Shown: positions 11,900 through 24,868, counted from the first letter of the stretch. The stretch: 64,000 bases of DNA from Camelus dromedarius (GCF_036321535.1 NC_087447.1:33544001-33608000), one strand, 5' to 3'. The notes: generated by a model from the letters alone, not told the origin. Translations and numbers: made by a program.

Positions 11900-14800
11900 C
11901 TATATAAATGCAAATGAACTAAATACTTATCAAGCATGTTAGTGGTGGCCTTTAAGGCGGGTAAGAGAGGAAAGGAACAGGGAGAGGACTATATGGACGT
12001 CAACTTAATCTGCAGTGTTTTTAAGTCTCAATACTATGACCAAATATTAACCTTTGTTGATTCTACAGCATTGTTGTTTTGTGCTTGTCCATATTTTTCT
12101 TTCCTTTTGTGAAATAATTCTTTGTCGAGCTGAAACCCCTATGACTTTAAAGATCTGAGGCCCAGAGAAGTAAAGGGATCTACCCAGGAGTCAATAGTAA
12201 AAGAGCCAAGCTGGAACCTGGGTCCCCAGGCTTGCAGTCCACGCATGCTCTGAGACCCCATGCTGCCAGACGGTCTGTTTGCCTTATTTTTTTTTTCACA
12301 GACTGTAAGCACTAGGACTGAGCCAGCCTAGCATATCAGTACATCTTGGCTCCACTTCATACACTGGCTGCATCCATGAAAAGTTGTATTTAAATAAAAT
12401 ATTTGCATATCAAATCATATTTTTTCCACTGATTAACATTCTAATTTTGGAGATGTGTTCCCACAGAAAAGAATTTAGTCCCAATATGCTAAAATAAACC
12501 CCAATTAAGAATCACAGCATTCATCAAATAGCGCAGCAGTCATGGCAGATCTAATTCTCCCACAGCACTCTCTCTGGTCAAACGGCCACAGAGACTACCT
12601 TTTAAGTGGACACATATTAAAGTGTAGCTCCCTGGTTAATGCTGATCTTCTTGCATGTTCTCTTTAAGCAGCCAAACAGATTAGCAGGTGCTCATCTCCA
12701 GGTGATTGCTGAATAGCAAGACCCTTCAAGTGAAGGAATTATTAAAAAAAAAAAATGCTAGGATATGGAATTCACCAACTTACAAAACCACCATCTGCCT
12801 GGTTGATTTAAAATACCTGCCAAAAGATATTTTCACAGATTGTCCTTTGGTTTCCCTCAGAAGAAGCCATATCTCTATCATCTTGCACTTATTTTGTCTT
12901 TCCCATCCTCATGAAGTAGGGAAAACCACCAGGAGGTGGGCTGGGGGTAAGACACAAACTATGCAAGGACAGACTCCCGAATTTAAACCCCATGGCTCTC
13001 ATTACAACTAACATGAATATTGGAATTCTCTCAGCTCAGTTTTTTCATCTGCATAATGGACATGAAAATATTACATATATAGGAATGTTGGTGGAAGGAT
13101 TAAAAGGCAAATAAATTTTAGGAGTTGAGGTAAGCTCCCTTAAAAAAAAAATCCAGGTCAGACAACAGTCATCCATCCTTATTAGGAATTAAGTAAGTAG
13201 GTAATTGCAAATATATAATCCTTGAGAGAAAGTGAAACGGTAATATTTTCCTGAATTTAAATACATGAATTGTTTGAAGTTATCTGAATTTCCTTTATAC
13301 TTATTTATTTGCTTATTGTCTGTTTCCCCTTAAGAACCAGCCTTTTTATGATCTGCTCACTACTGTGGACCTCGTGCTTGAAAGAGTGCTTAGCACAAAG
13401 TAGATCCCTAAATATGTATTTAATTTAAAAAGTATACTTTCTGAATAAATACTCTTAATAACAGTGTTGACTAACACTTAAATTTTTGTGGCTTATAATA
13501 AATTTATATTATCTAAATTAACCCTTAAAAAAATCTTGTATCATAGACATTATCATCATTACTCGATGTCCGAAGAGGAAACAAATTCCAAGAGGTAAAG
13601 TAATTTGCCCAGAGTCAATTTGTTAGTGTAGAATTGGCTCTTAATTGTTTCTAAAAAGAATTCTTATCTTTTTACATTCTCCGCTGTCTCTCTCCATCTT
13701 TGCTTTCTTTAACGTACAATTTGATAGGAAAAGGAGCATGACTGAGAAAATAGATTTTAGTGCAGATGTTAGAAGTGTGCAGATTTGGGAAATAAATACA
13801 GAATTTACCTGCTCTATGACATCCACTTAGTCACACAGCCATTGAATGATATTTCAGAATATGCCAGTGCAGGTGTTAATTTGCCGCAGAGAGGAACTTG
13901 AAAATCCATTCTACTCCCACAGCTTGTTTGAGGGTTTTTTTGGGGGTTTTTTTTGTTTTTTGTTTTTGGGGGGGGGGGTTTGTTTGTTTTGGCAAGAGCA
14001 AAAATACCTATATTTGGGAGATGCTGGTATGTGAATTAAATTACTCCACTAATTGATTAAATGCAAAGTTATACTAAATCACTCTACTCAAAGTGAGGTT
14101 GACTCGTAAATGCTCCCAGCGGTAATTAGCAACTAGGCGCATCCAATCAACAGAAAAAACAATTTAGACTTGGGCAATAGTGAGTGGCAGGAAATCTGGA
14201 AGATCAGCATTAAACAAACCCTTTGGGTAACTCCATCTTACTCAGATTTTCTAAGCATTAAGAACTATAGCTCAAACTTCAAGCACTCCTATGAAATAGG
14301 AGCCACATATTTAATTCCTATCCATCTTTCAAGGTCTGGTTCAGGTGCCACCTCCCCCAAGGAGCCTTCCCCAGGTGATCCAGTCAGAAAAAATTTCTCT
14401 CTTCAACATACTCAGGACTTTATCCACACACACCCGCTCCAATGCAAACCAGTTCTCTTCCTCTCTCCGTTAGAATGTCAGGGGCATGCCATGTTTGCCT
14501 TCTAGACCGTACCCTCCTTGCAGCCAGGATCTTTGCCTTCCTCACCTGTGTTTCCCACCACATCTAGCTCAAAACCTAGAATGCAAACAGGTGCCAAAAG
14601 CCTCAATCTTCTCAAAGGCCCCCACAGTAGCCTTTGTTCTATCTCAAACAAGCTACTTGAAAGATACTATTTTTTTTCTTTAGGAAACTCTCCTAACGTA
14701 GAACTGCTAAAAGGTAGCACGTTCCAGACAGAAAAAGAAAGAAAAAAAAAATAAGCAACCCATTAAAGAATTTGCGCTCAGGCACATTCTAATTCACTTT

Positions 14801-16756
14801 TATAAATGAAACACCAATGGGCAGACACACCTTCCCAACTACTCAACACTAAGACACTGGCAGTCAGGGAGAAGTCCAGTCCCAAACCATCAGGACTCCT
14901 CTGAGTCCCCCTCAAACCAAGGCGCAGGTATTGCAAAATGATTTTTGAAACTCTGACGCTGGTACTTAGGCTGTTTTTCGGCTTAGAGAAGACCTCCGCC
15001 AGTCTTACACACAGCCATTCATTCTCTCTGCCCCATTCCCAACCCCCATTAAAATATAATTTGTTTCAGGAAAGAAGATAATAAAAATGTTACTCATTCA
15101 ATTCTTCGCACTCTACAAGGACAGCTGTGACAAAGATAACCTTAAAAAGCTGAGTAGCCACAAAATAAATCCTATCAGGCTTTGGAGCTGGTATGATAGG
15201 AGTGTTTCCAGGTTACTGAGCTTTCTATTTAAATGTATCAGTATTATTAATAGGCTAGCATTGAAATGAAGGTTTTCACTTGCTTAATACACATCAACTC
15301 AGAGCTAGACTTAGGAAGAAAGGAAGGAAAGAATAATGGATTTGTGTTCAACCCTTCATACTTTTCAAAGAACTTTCTCATACATTGTCATTTAATTCTT
15401 ATAATCAATCCCATTTCCAGTTGAGGAAACTGAAGCTTGAAGACATTAAGAGACATATCCACCGGCCCCCCTAAGTACTGCCTCAAGGTACTTCCATTTA
15501 CTCATCAATGAATGGGGCAATAATAGTACTTACGTTTCATGGCTGTAGTGAGGATAAAATAAATTAATACAAAGAAAGTGCTAAACCCTGATCTTCTGCC
15601 CTCTCCTCAATCCTCTGCTTTTCCCACTATCCCAGCATACCTCTGAAGGTTAAAATCTGACATTAATAACATACAAGATAGATAAGACACACAGGAGGAG
15701 ACCAAAGTTATACCTTATTACTTCAAAATGCATGGACTCACATTTAACCCAGCGAGTGCTAAGTATAGTTCTAACACCTTATGTGTATTAATGTATTTCA
15801 TCCTCACTACAACCATGTATAATAAGTACCATCATTACCCCCATTTTATCAATGAATAAATAGAGGTACTTTGAGGTAGAGAGCTTAAGGGGTTTGCTAC
15901 TTACTACCATGCATTAAACTTGAAAGATAGGATTTTGTAGCTTACCCATATTAACTGAACTATGGTGAAACAATAAAATCTCTAAGCCTCTCTAGACCTG
16001 CACTGTCCAATATAGTAACCACAAGCCACATTGGGCAATTAAGCACTTGAAATATGGCTAGTCTGGTGGAAGAAATGAATTTTTAATTGTATTTAATTTG
16101 AATTACTTTTAAATTTTAAATGAATATTCAATGAAATAGCAGTTTTCAAGACACAGGACATCAGTCAATGAAGGGCAGTGACCCTTGAGAGATGGAAAAC
16201 AAAAGAAAAGAGCCCCACAATTACCCAAACGTATTGCTCTGAGAGAATTTCCAGGCTGTGTCATAGGAGGAGAAATGCGGGCAAAGCAGTCTCCCTGAAT
16301 TGAGGTGAAGAAGCTGGAAGTCTGGGGAGACCGAGGCACCTAGATTTCACAGGACAGCATACATGAGAGACAACAGCAGAGAGAAAAATATGAAACTTCC
16401 TCAGCTGACTACTGATCAGTGCATACAAGTCGGAAAACTACCCGAGACAGAGAAGAGACACCCAAAAGGCAACACTGACCAGCGTATACCCAGGGCCAAG
16501 AATAGTACCTGTTTCTACCAGTCAAACTGGAAAACCTCACGCTTCATGGGGCACTGGGTAGAGAGTACGGAAGGTCTTACCTCAGTAATGGGAAATAATT
16601 AGTTCTACTCTACACACCAGCACTAGCACTGCTCTGGGCCATCTAACAAATCTTAAAAGTAGGAGCCATAAACTCTGAAAATTGTGAAGCACTACGCGGT
16701 ATTCCTGGAACATGTAATAATGTACATCAACTATACCTCAATGTTTAAAAAGTGGG

Positions 16757-17320
16757 ATCTGGCCAGTAGGCACAGGAAAAAATGCTCAATATTGCTAATT
16801 ATCAGAGAAATACAAATCAAAACTACAATGAGGTATCACCTCACACCAGTCAGAATGGCCATTATTAAAAAGTTCACAAATGACAAATGCTGGAGAGGGT
16901 GTGGAGAAAAGGGAACACTCCAATACTGTTGGTGAGAAGGTAGTTTGATGCAGCCATTAAGCAGGGAGCCAAATAGCAGGGAGATTCCTCAAAAAACTAA
17001 AAATAAACTTACCATATGATCCAGCAATCGTACTCCTGGGCATATATCCAGAGGAAACCCTAATTCAAAAAGATATATGCACCCCAATGTTCATAGCAGC
17101 ACTGTATACAATAGCCAAGACATGGAAACAACCTAAATGTCCATCAACAGATGACTGGATAAAGAAGTTTTGGTATATTTATACAATGGAATACTACTCA
17201 GCCATAAAAAAGAATGAAATAATGCCATTTGCAGCAACATGGATGGACCTGGAGATTGTCATTCTAAGTAAAGTAAGCCAGGAAGAGAAAGGAAAATACC
17301 ATATGAGATCACTTACAGAA
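16757..17320 (+). mobile_element. Younger L1 ORF2 C-terminal fragment
   Basis: Encodes [25 protein letters not shown] and [42 protein letters not shown]. Confidence 0.92.
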
Positions 17321-18650
17321 ATGAAATTATAATATATGACATAAAAAAAAACAATGATACTAACAGCAGACAATATAAAAGAAAATTTCTTGAAGGCATA
17401 GAGATAGAAACTATTCTAAAGACAGGGAGAAAAGAGAAGAACAACTTTTGAAATGAACAGAGTAACAGTGACCTATGAAATTACTTTAAGCAGCCTAATA
17501 TAGACATAATTGGAGTACCTAAAAAAGAGAAAGAGAAAGGAACAGAAAAAAAATATTTGAAGATGTAATGGCTAAAATTTTTCTAACAAGAAACATGAAG
17601 AAAATCAGACCAAGGTATATCATAATTAAACTGCTTAAAGTCAGTGACAAGAGAAAGTCTTAAAAGCAGGGGGGAAAGTTACACTACCTACAAAGGAACA
17701 AAGATAGGATCCTAACAGATTTCTTGTTGGAAACAATGTAAGTGAGAAGGCAGCAGATCAACATCTTTAAAGTACTGAAAGAAATAAAACTGTCAACCCA
17801 GTATTCTATATCCAGCAAAAATATTTTTCAAAAGTGAATACTTTTTCAGACACACCAAATCTGAAAGAATTCATCACCAGCAGGCCTGTTCTATAAGAAA
17901 TGTTAAAGTCCTTCAGGCAGGATAAAAAATGATACCAGATGGAAATGTAAATCCACAAAAGAGACTGCAGAACACAGGAAACAGTAACTAGTGGTTACCA
18001 GTGGGGAAAGGGAAGAGGGGAGAGGTTACACAGGGACAGGGGAGAAGAACAATCTACTGGGTATAAATAAGCTACAAGGACACACCATACAAAACAGGGA
18101 ATATAGTCAATATTTTATACTAACTATAAATGGAGCATAATCTTTAAAAGTTGTGAATCACTATATTTTACACCTACAACTTACATATTATTGTACAGCA
18201 ACTATACGTCAAAAAAAAAAAACTCCAGAGGAGACCCCCACTAAAGGCATTGATGGATGAAGGGAGGAAGAAGAGCAGAGGGAGACTAGGGCTGGGAGCG
18301 GCTGAGCACTGGCAGGCCTAGTGGCTGAAGCAAAGCAAAACAGTGGATCACCGGCCCCCAGAGAAGAGGGGACAGGGAGCTGTAGAATAAAACTCTCCTT
18401 CTACACCCCCACCCCAGCTCTCTACATCAGAGATTTCCAGAGGGAATTCTTTAAGAAATCCTGAGGAAAACTGGATTTCCTCTCATCCAAAAGATAAAAG
18501 ACTCAGACCCATTTACATTTGAAACAGATGTTCATTTATAAGAAAGTCCTAGGATATATCTATCATATTGATTTTCTAAATTGTCCTTAAAAAGCACAAA
18601 TCACTTTCATTATTTTTTAACTGAACCAAAAAAAGACATTAAAAGGAAAT

Positions 18651-18881
18651 GATGAGTTTGAGATTTGCAGGTACTAACTACTACATATAAAACAGATAAA
18701 TAACAAGTTTATACTGTATAACACCAAGAACTATGTTCAATATCTTATAGTAACCTATAATGAAAAAGAATATGAAAATGAATATATGTATGCATATGCA
18801 TGACTGTACACCAGAAATTGGCACAACATTGTAAACTGACTATACTTCAATTTTAAAAAAGCACACAAAAAATTGGAAAAA
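18651..18881 (+). mobile_element. 5'-truncated young L1 3' end with 10-bp TSD
   Basis: TSD aaaaggaaat at 18641-18650 and 18882-18891; same 3' UTR family as 11077-11343 and 55350-55590. Confidence 0.87.
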
Positions 18882-20424
18882 AAAAGGAAATAACCATGGT
18901 TTGAAAAAACAAGTAAAGTGTATGACAATAGTACAATGTCAAAGGGAGCGAAGTATACTAATAAAATATTCTTATAATATACATAAAGTTGTAGCACCCG
19001 AAGGTACACTGTCATCATTTATAGATGTATATTATAAGCCCTAAGACAACTGCTGAAATAATGAAACAAACAAGCCAACGAAGGAGATAAAAAAGAATCA
19101 ATAAAAAACTTCAATTAATCTAAAAAACGTTAGAAAGAGGAAAAAAATGAAACAAAGAACAGAGAACAAATAGCAAAAAAAAAATAGATTTAAATATGAC
19201 CATGTCAATAACCATATTAATATAAGTGGTCTAAATACCTTGATGAACAGAGATTGTCATATTGTTTTAAAAAAAAAAACCCAACTATATACCGCCAATA
19301 ACTAAAGCACTTTACATGTTATTATATGATAAATCTCAAAATAACTATGATAGGTGAAAGAATCCAGATCCCCAAAAAAACAGTAGATACTATATGATTC
19401 AATTTATGTAAAATTTCTAGAAAATGCAAATTACTGTATAGTGACAGAAAGCAGGTCAGTAGTTGCCTGGGGATGGGGGCTGGGAAATAGAGGAAGGAGG
19501 GATTATTAAAAAAAAAAAAAAAAAAGAGGAATGCCCAGGAGTAGATTGCTGGATCATATGGTAAGTTTATTTTTAGTTTTTTGAGGAATCTCCCTGCTAT
19601 TTTCCATAATGGCTGCATCAAACTACATTCCCACCAAGAGTATTGGAGTGTTCCCTTTTCTCCACACCCTCTCCAGCATCTGTCGTTTGTGAACTTTTTA
19701 ATGATGGCCATTCTGACTGATGTGAAGTGATACCTCATTGTAGTTTTGATCTGTATTTCTGATAATTAGCAATATTGAGCATTTTTTCATGCGCCTATTG
19801 GCCAGATCCCACTTTTTAAACATTGAGGTATAGTTGATGTACATTATTACATGTTCCAGGAATACAGCATAGTGCTTCACAATTTTCAGAGTTTATGGAT
19901 CCTACTTTTAAGATTTGTTAGATGGCCCAGAGCAGTGCTAGTGCTGGTGTGTAGAGTAGAATGGTCTCACCAGTGTATGCATATATCAAAATTATCAAAC
20001 TGCACATTTTGACTATGCAGTTTATTATAAGCCAATTATACCTTAATAAAGCTATTAAGTTTTTTTAATGATATTTAAAACTATGTATGGAATAACCTGG
20101 TGATTGTACTGTATACTGTAACTATAACTGTAACTATAAAACAGACTAGATTTTGAAGACTTTGAAAAAATGTAAAACAGCTCATTAATAATTTTCTGTA
20201 TTGACCATATGTTGAAATGGTATTTTTCACATGTTGAGTTAAATAAAATTTATAATTAAAATTAATTTCACCGGCTTCTTTTTCCTTGTTTAATATGACT
20301 ACTACAAAAATTAAAATTACAGTATTGGCTCATTTATATTTCTACTGGAGAAGGGAGGACTTACCTGGAGAACACTGGAAATATCATACTGTTTATATTT
20401 CTTCACAACAGTGGGTAGCCATTC

Positions 20425-22550
20425 TATGGTACACAGAATTATACCCCCTACCCCTCTAAAGATGTCTGCATCTTAATTCTCAAAATCTATAAATATGTTA
20501 CTTCACATGGCAGAAGAGACTCTGCAGATGTAACTAAATTACGGATCTTGAGATGAGAAAATTACCCTAGATTATCCAAGTGGGCCCAGTATAATCAAAG
20601 GGTCCTTATCCAAGGGGAAAAGGGGACAAAAGAGTCAGGATCAGAAGGAAATGTGACAACAGAGGCAGAGGTTGAAGTGATGCACTCACAAGCCAAGGAA
20701 CGTAGCAGCCTCGGGAAGCTGGGATAAGCAATAAACTCGTTATCCTCTAGAATACAGCTCTGTTCACACCTCGGTTTAGCCCTTTAAAGCCCATTTTCAG
20801 CTTCTGGCCTCCAGAACTGTGAGGTAAATATTAAACAAAAGAAAAATAATTTTGTGTTAAGCTACTAAATTTGTAGTAATCTATCTTAGCAGCAATAGGA
20901 AGCTCATAGATTTTGGCACCTGGAATTGGGCTGCTGCGGTAACAAATAACTTAAAATGGGAAAGTGACTTTGGCATTGGGTAATGAGCAAAAGCTGAAAA
21001 AATTTTGAGGCTCATGATAGAAAAAGCCTAGACTACCTTGTTACCAGACTGTGAGTAGAAATACAAAGGTAAAGGATTCCACGAGTGAGGACTCAGAATG
21101 AAGTAAAAAGATGGTCGAGAAAACCTGCATTGTCTTAGAGAATATTAAAATCACCATGAAAGGACTGTTAGCAGAAATACGGACATGAAAAATACTGCCA
21201 GAGAGGGTAAGAAGGAATAAGGAACCTATTATTGGAAACTGGAGGACAGGAGCCCTGTCATATAGTGGCAGAAAGCTTAGCTGAATTGTGCCCTGTAATT
21301 ATGTGGAAAGTAAAACTTGTAAAAGATGAACTTGGACATTTAGCTGAGAAGATTTACAAGCAAAGTGTTGAAGGTGCAGCCTGGTTTCTCTTTGCTGCTT
21401 ATAGTGAAAGGTGAGAGGAAAAAGAGGGATGGAGGGAGGAGCTATGAAACAAAAAGGAACCAGGACTGGCTAGATGGAGAATCCCCAGCCTATCCAGACT
21501 GCAAAAGACAGTAAGATTAGGAGATTCACTATGAGGAAAGTCTACTTTGGAAGAAATCCAAGGGTGTGGCTAAACCACTCTTTGCTAGTGCCTCTGAAGG
21601 ATCAAAAATCAGAATAGTCAATCACACAGAGGACTCTTTGAAGAGATCAGAGTTGTAATTGGTGGATCCCCTCAGCCATCCCAGCAGAAGTCAGAAACAG
21701 AGATGGGGTTACCTAGGAAAGATCTGTAAAGGAGCCTTTTGTCTAATGGATGGGAGACCCGCCGGGTTCTTGAGAATGTTATACCAGCAGCAACACTGCC
21801 AACTTGGACTGAAGGGGACAGAAAGAAGATGAAATGAAAGACGGCTGACTGACTCCCCAAATTCTCAAGGCAAGAAACAGGTTGATAAAATTACACAACT
21901 ACAAACATATGCTACTTTCCATGAAAAAAGTGATTCAGAAGAACGAGGCAGAGCCAGAGGCCTATCCCCAGGCCTTGAAGCCCAACGGAGTTTGCCCTGC
22001 TGGATTTGCAAATTTTCTTGGGACTGGTGACCCCTTTCTTCTATCCACTTCTCCCTTTTGAACAGGACTTGCCATACCTGGCATTTTATGCCTGTCCCAC
22101 TGTCATATTTCGGAAGTAGATTACTTGTTTCACAGATCCACAGAAAAAGGGTACTTTTGCTCCAAAATGGATAATACTCAGAATCCCACTCACACTTGAT
22201 TTAGATTATTTAGAGAGTAAGAATTGGAACTTTTCTACTAATGAGATTAGGTAAGCTTTTGGACTTTGAGCTGATGTCATAATGGGTTGAGACCTTTAGA
22301 GAAACTGGAATGGGGTGAATGTACTTTGCCTGTGGGGCAGACATGACTCATTGGGGGCCAGAGGGCAGACTTGGTGATGAGCAGAATAATGGCTCCCCAA
22401 AACTGTCCACGTCCTAATTGCCCAAACCTATGAAATATGTTACCTTTCATGGCAAAGGGACTTTGCAGATATGATTACATTACAGATCCCAAGATGGAAC
22501 AATTAATCTGGATTATCTGGGTGAGGTAATCACAAGGTAATCACAATTAA
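20425..22550 (+). mobile_element. MaLR provirus, MLT1D-like: 5' LTR (~20425-20910), internal region, truncated 3' LTR (~22372-22550)
   Basis: Two related LTR starts (aaatatgttacttcacatggcagaagagactctgcagat vs aaatatgttacctttcatggcaaagggactttgcagat); internal start gattttggcacctggaattggg; purine tract ttgggggccagagggcagac before the 3' LTR. Confidence 0.8.
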
Positions 22551-22552
22551 AA

Positions 22553-23613
22553 GGAAAAGCCCTCCTCAGTCAAACTCCAGTAATAAAGTTACTCTTCCCA
22601 CCAAAGTTGAAAATCTCTCCCTCTTATTGGAGCCAGGCAGACACCCCAAAGGCAGCTGCTAAAGCAGAGAACACGTCAATCATTGAGAGAGCAGAGTCCA
22701 AGCCTAGGAAGCCCACCCCTGTGGAATAAATAAACGAGTGAACAATTAGCACATAAAGCAGGCAACAAGCCTTTCATAGAGCGCACTGGACAGAGGACAT
22801 TTTAATTCATCTCAGAATGTTTATCCATCACCTACTATGTGCCATGCACAACACCTGGCCCTAGGGATGTAAGGGTGTCTAGAGAGGCAAGCCTTCCACT
22901 TGCATGAAGCTTACAGGCGAGCCAGGCTTCCATGGCAACTCTGTTGACAAAGTGTCAGCGGCACTTCTGAAATAGAGAATGAGGTGGCCTCTCAACAGGA
23001 GCTGAACAGACCTTGCACAATGCAAAGAAAAAAACGAATCCGGTCTGTATTCTCTTAACCAGGCCTCGTACTTCACCACTCCCTTAATAAGAATAAGTAG
23101 AAATTAACATATCTGTAGTCTCGTTATGTATCGTTAGATAGTATCTATAGATTTGCTGTATATCATTGACAAGGCTTAAGTTCTCTGCACAGGAAATACA
23201 CAAATCTCATCCATAATGTTGGTTCAGTCATTCAAAAATAATCCTGTGTTGTCGTCATAAAAGGCTAAGTTAAAAGAACGCTCTCAGCCATTTTCACAGA
23301 GGAATATCCAGGATGCCAGACTACCGTAGCTGACCAGGTCACTGCCCTGCTTCAACCTCATCAAAGGCCCCCACTGCTCCGAGAGTAAAGTACAAAACTA
23401 ATGTGGCCTATGGGCAGGGGTAATATTTGCAGCAGTTAAGAAGCACATGACCTCCCACCTCTCATAATGGCCACTGGCCATAAATCATCAGCACACTCAA
23501 ACTCACGGATGTCAGCTCAACATCAGCTCTGCCTACAGACGGAAAAGGCCTCCTCAGTCAAACTCCAATAATAAAGTTACTCTTCCCACCAAAGAAGCTG
23601 AAAATCTCTCCCT
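22553..23613 (+). repeat. ~70-bp direct repeat: 22553-22622 and 23541-23613
   Basis: ggaaaagScctcctcagtcaaactccaRtaataaagttactcttcccaccaaag(aag)Ytgaaaatctctccct; 3 substitutions and one 3-bp indel. Confidence 0.95.
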
Positions 23614-24868
23614 ATGTGACCTACGCCCTGCCAACCTCCCAAGCCACTCACCACCTTCAGCCAATGCTAAATGTCTTTCTGTTCGTTCCTGCCTTAAGTT
23701 CTTCATACACACTATTTTCTCTGTCCAGAATTCTCTGAGCCCCTACCCCTTTTATACCAGCCTTTCTATTCATTCAAGTTTCTGCTGACATATCACTTTT
23801 TCAGGATAGCCTTTCCCTGACCACAGCCATCTCCACACCTCTGTTAAATCACTTCTCCCTGCATACTCTCATTTGGCAAACTATACACCCCCTTCACGGT
23901 AAGTATAGCGATTGTAAGTCAATAATTACTTGTGTTATGACTGTTTCCCTCACTAGATTTATTTACTTTACTAATCTTACTATTAGCATATTGCCTGGTA
24001 CTGTGTACCAGGCATGCTGGCAGATTGCAGGGTTGAGGTTTGTTTTATCTTTGTTTTATATTTAAAAAAAAAAAAAGATTCTGTTGGAAAATAAAACCAG
24101 CCCATGTTCTGAAAAAAAAAAAAAGTTCTGCAATAATAGCTCGCACTTGCTGGGGATTTACTGTGTTATCAGTCATTGCTTGACCCACTTTATGGACTGG
24201 CTCCTCTAATCCTTCTAACAGCCCCAAAGGTAGGTACTATTATTTTAGATGAGGACAGGCAGAGTCAGGCTAAGTAATTGCACAAAGTCAGTAAGAGGTA
24301 GGGTTGGAATTTGACCCCAGACAGTCCGGCCCCAGAGCCCATGCTCTTAAGAAGCACACCATACTGCCCTTATGAATGCTTGTTGAGTGATTTAATGAAT
24401 TGTAGTCAAGTTTATAGTGGGCAGAACTATGTAAGCTATACCCCTAAGAAAACGCAGCCATAAAACATCCTCTGTGAGCATGGTCTGCTCATTAAGTGAG
24501 AGATGAAGATACCGGAGTAGGTGTGAATATAGGTAAAGGTACAGATAATAGTGTAAAAATAATATGGCTGGCCAATGGCTTCCAAGAACTTTGCAAATTC
24601 AGTCCACTTTAGATCCCCACCCAAATCCTCCAGGGAAAATGTGCCACTGCCAAGCCAAATATTTCATCGCCATGCCCTTTACTGCCCCCTCTGACACCCT
24701 CCAACACCCCCCCAAGTATCTAAACACCCGCAGTATTTCTGAACATTCTTCATGACAGAAACCCAAGAGAAGTAGAGATGATCCTCTGACAAACACACGC
24801 CAGATCAACACTCCCCAGACACCCTCCTCCCAAGTTCCGCCCCCACACAAAGGAGAAAGTGCCTTTAC

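Larger units (their letters stand above)
16603..19961. repeat. Long inverted repeat: arms 16603-17043 and 19531-19961
   Basis: Hand alignment of the reverse complement gives about 15 substitutions and 3 small indels over ~435 bp; both strands yield the same spurious [30 protein letters not shown]. Confidence 0.95.
15998..20350 (+). mobile_element. MER33/Charlie5-like hAT element (~15998-16120 and ~20140-20350) split by an old L1M (~16125-20058) that itself carries younger insertions
   Basis: hAT ends ctgcactgtccaatatagtaaccac... and ...ttatatttctactgga; between them L1 5' region, ORF1-like sequence (17380-17950) and L1MC-type 3' end (19320-19500, 19962-20058). Confidence 0.7.

Noticed and set aside
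16684..19880. Two ORFs with an identical N-terminus ([11 protein letters not shown]...) on opposite strands, resembling a duplicated gene
   Set aside because: Artefact of the inverted duplication of L1-derived sequence
1..24868. Further NELL1 exons (exon 3 should begin DIEREIHAAPHVSEKL-like)
   Set aside because: No matching translation seen; exon 3 probably lies beyond the left edge of the window
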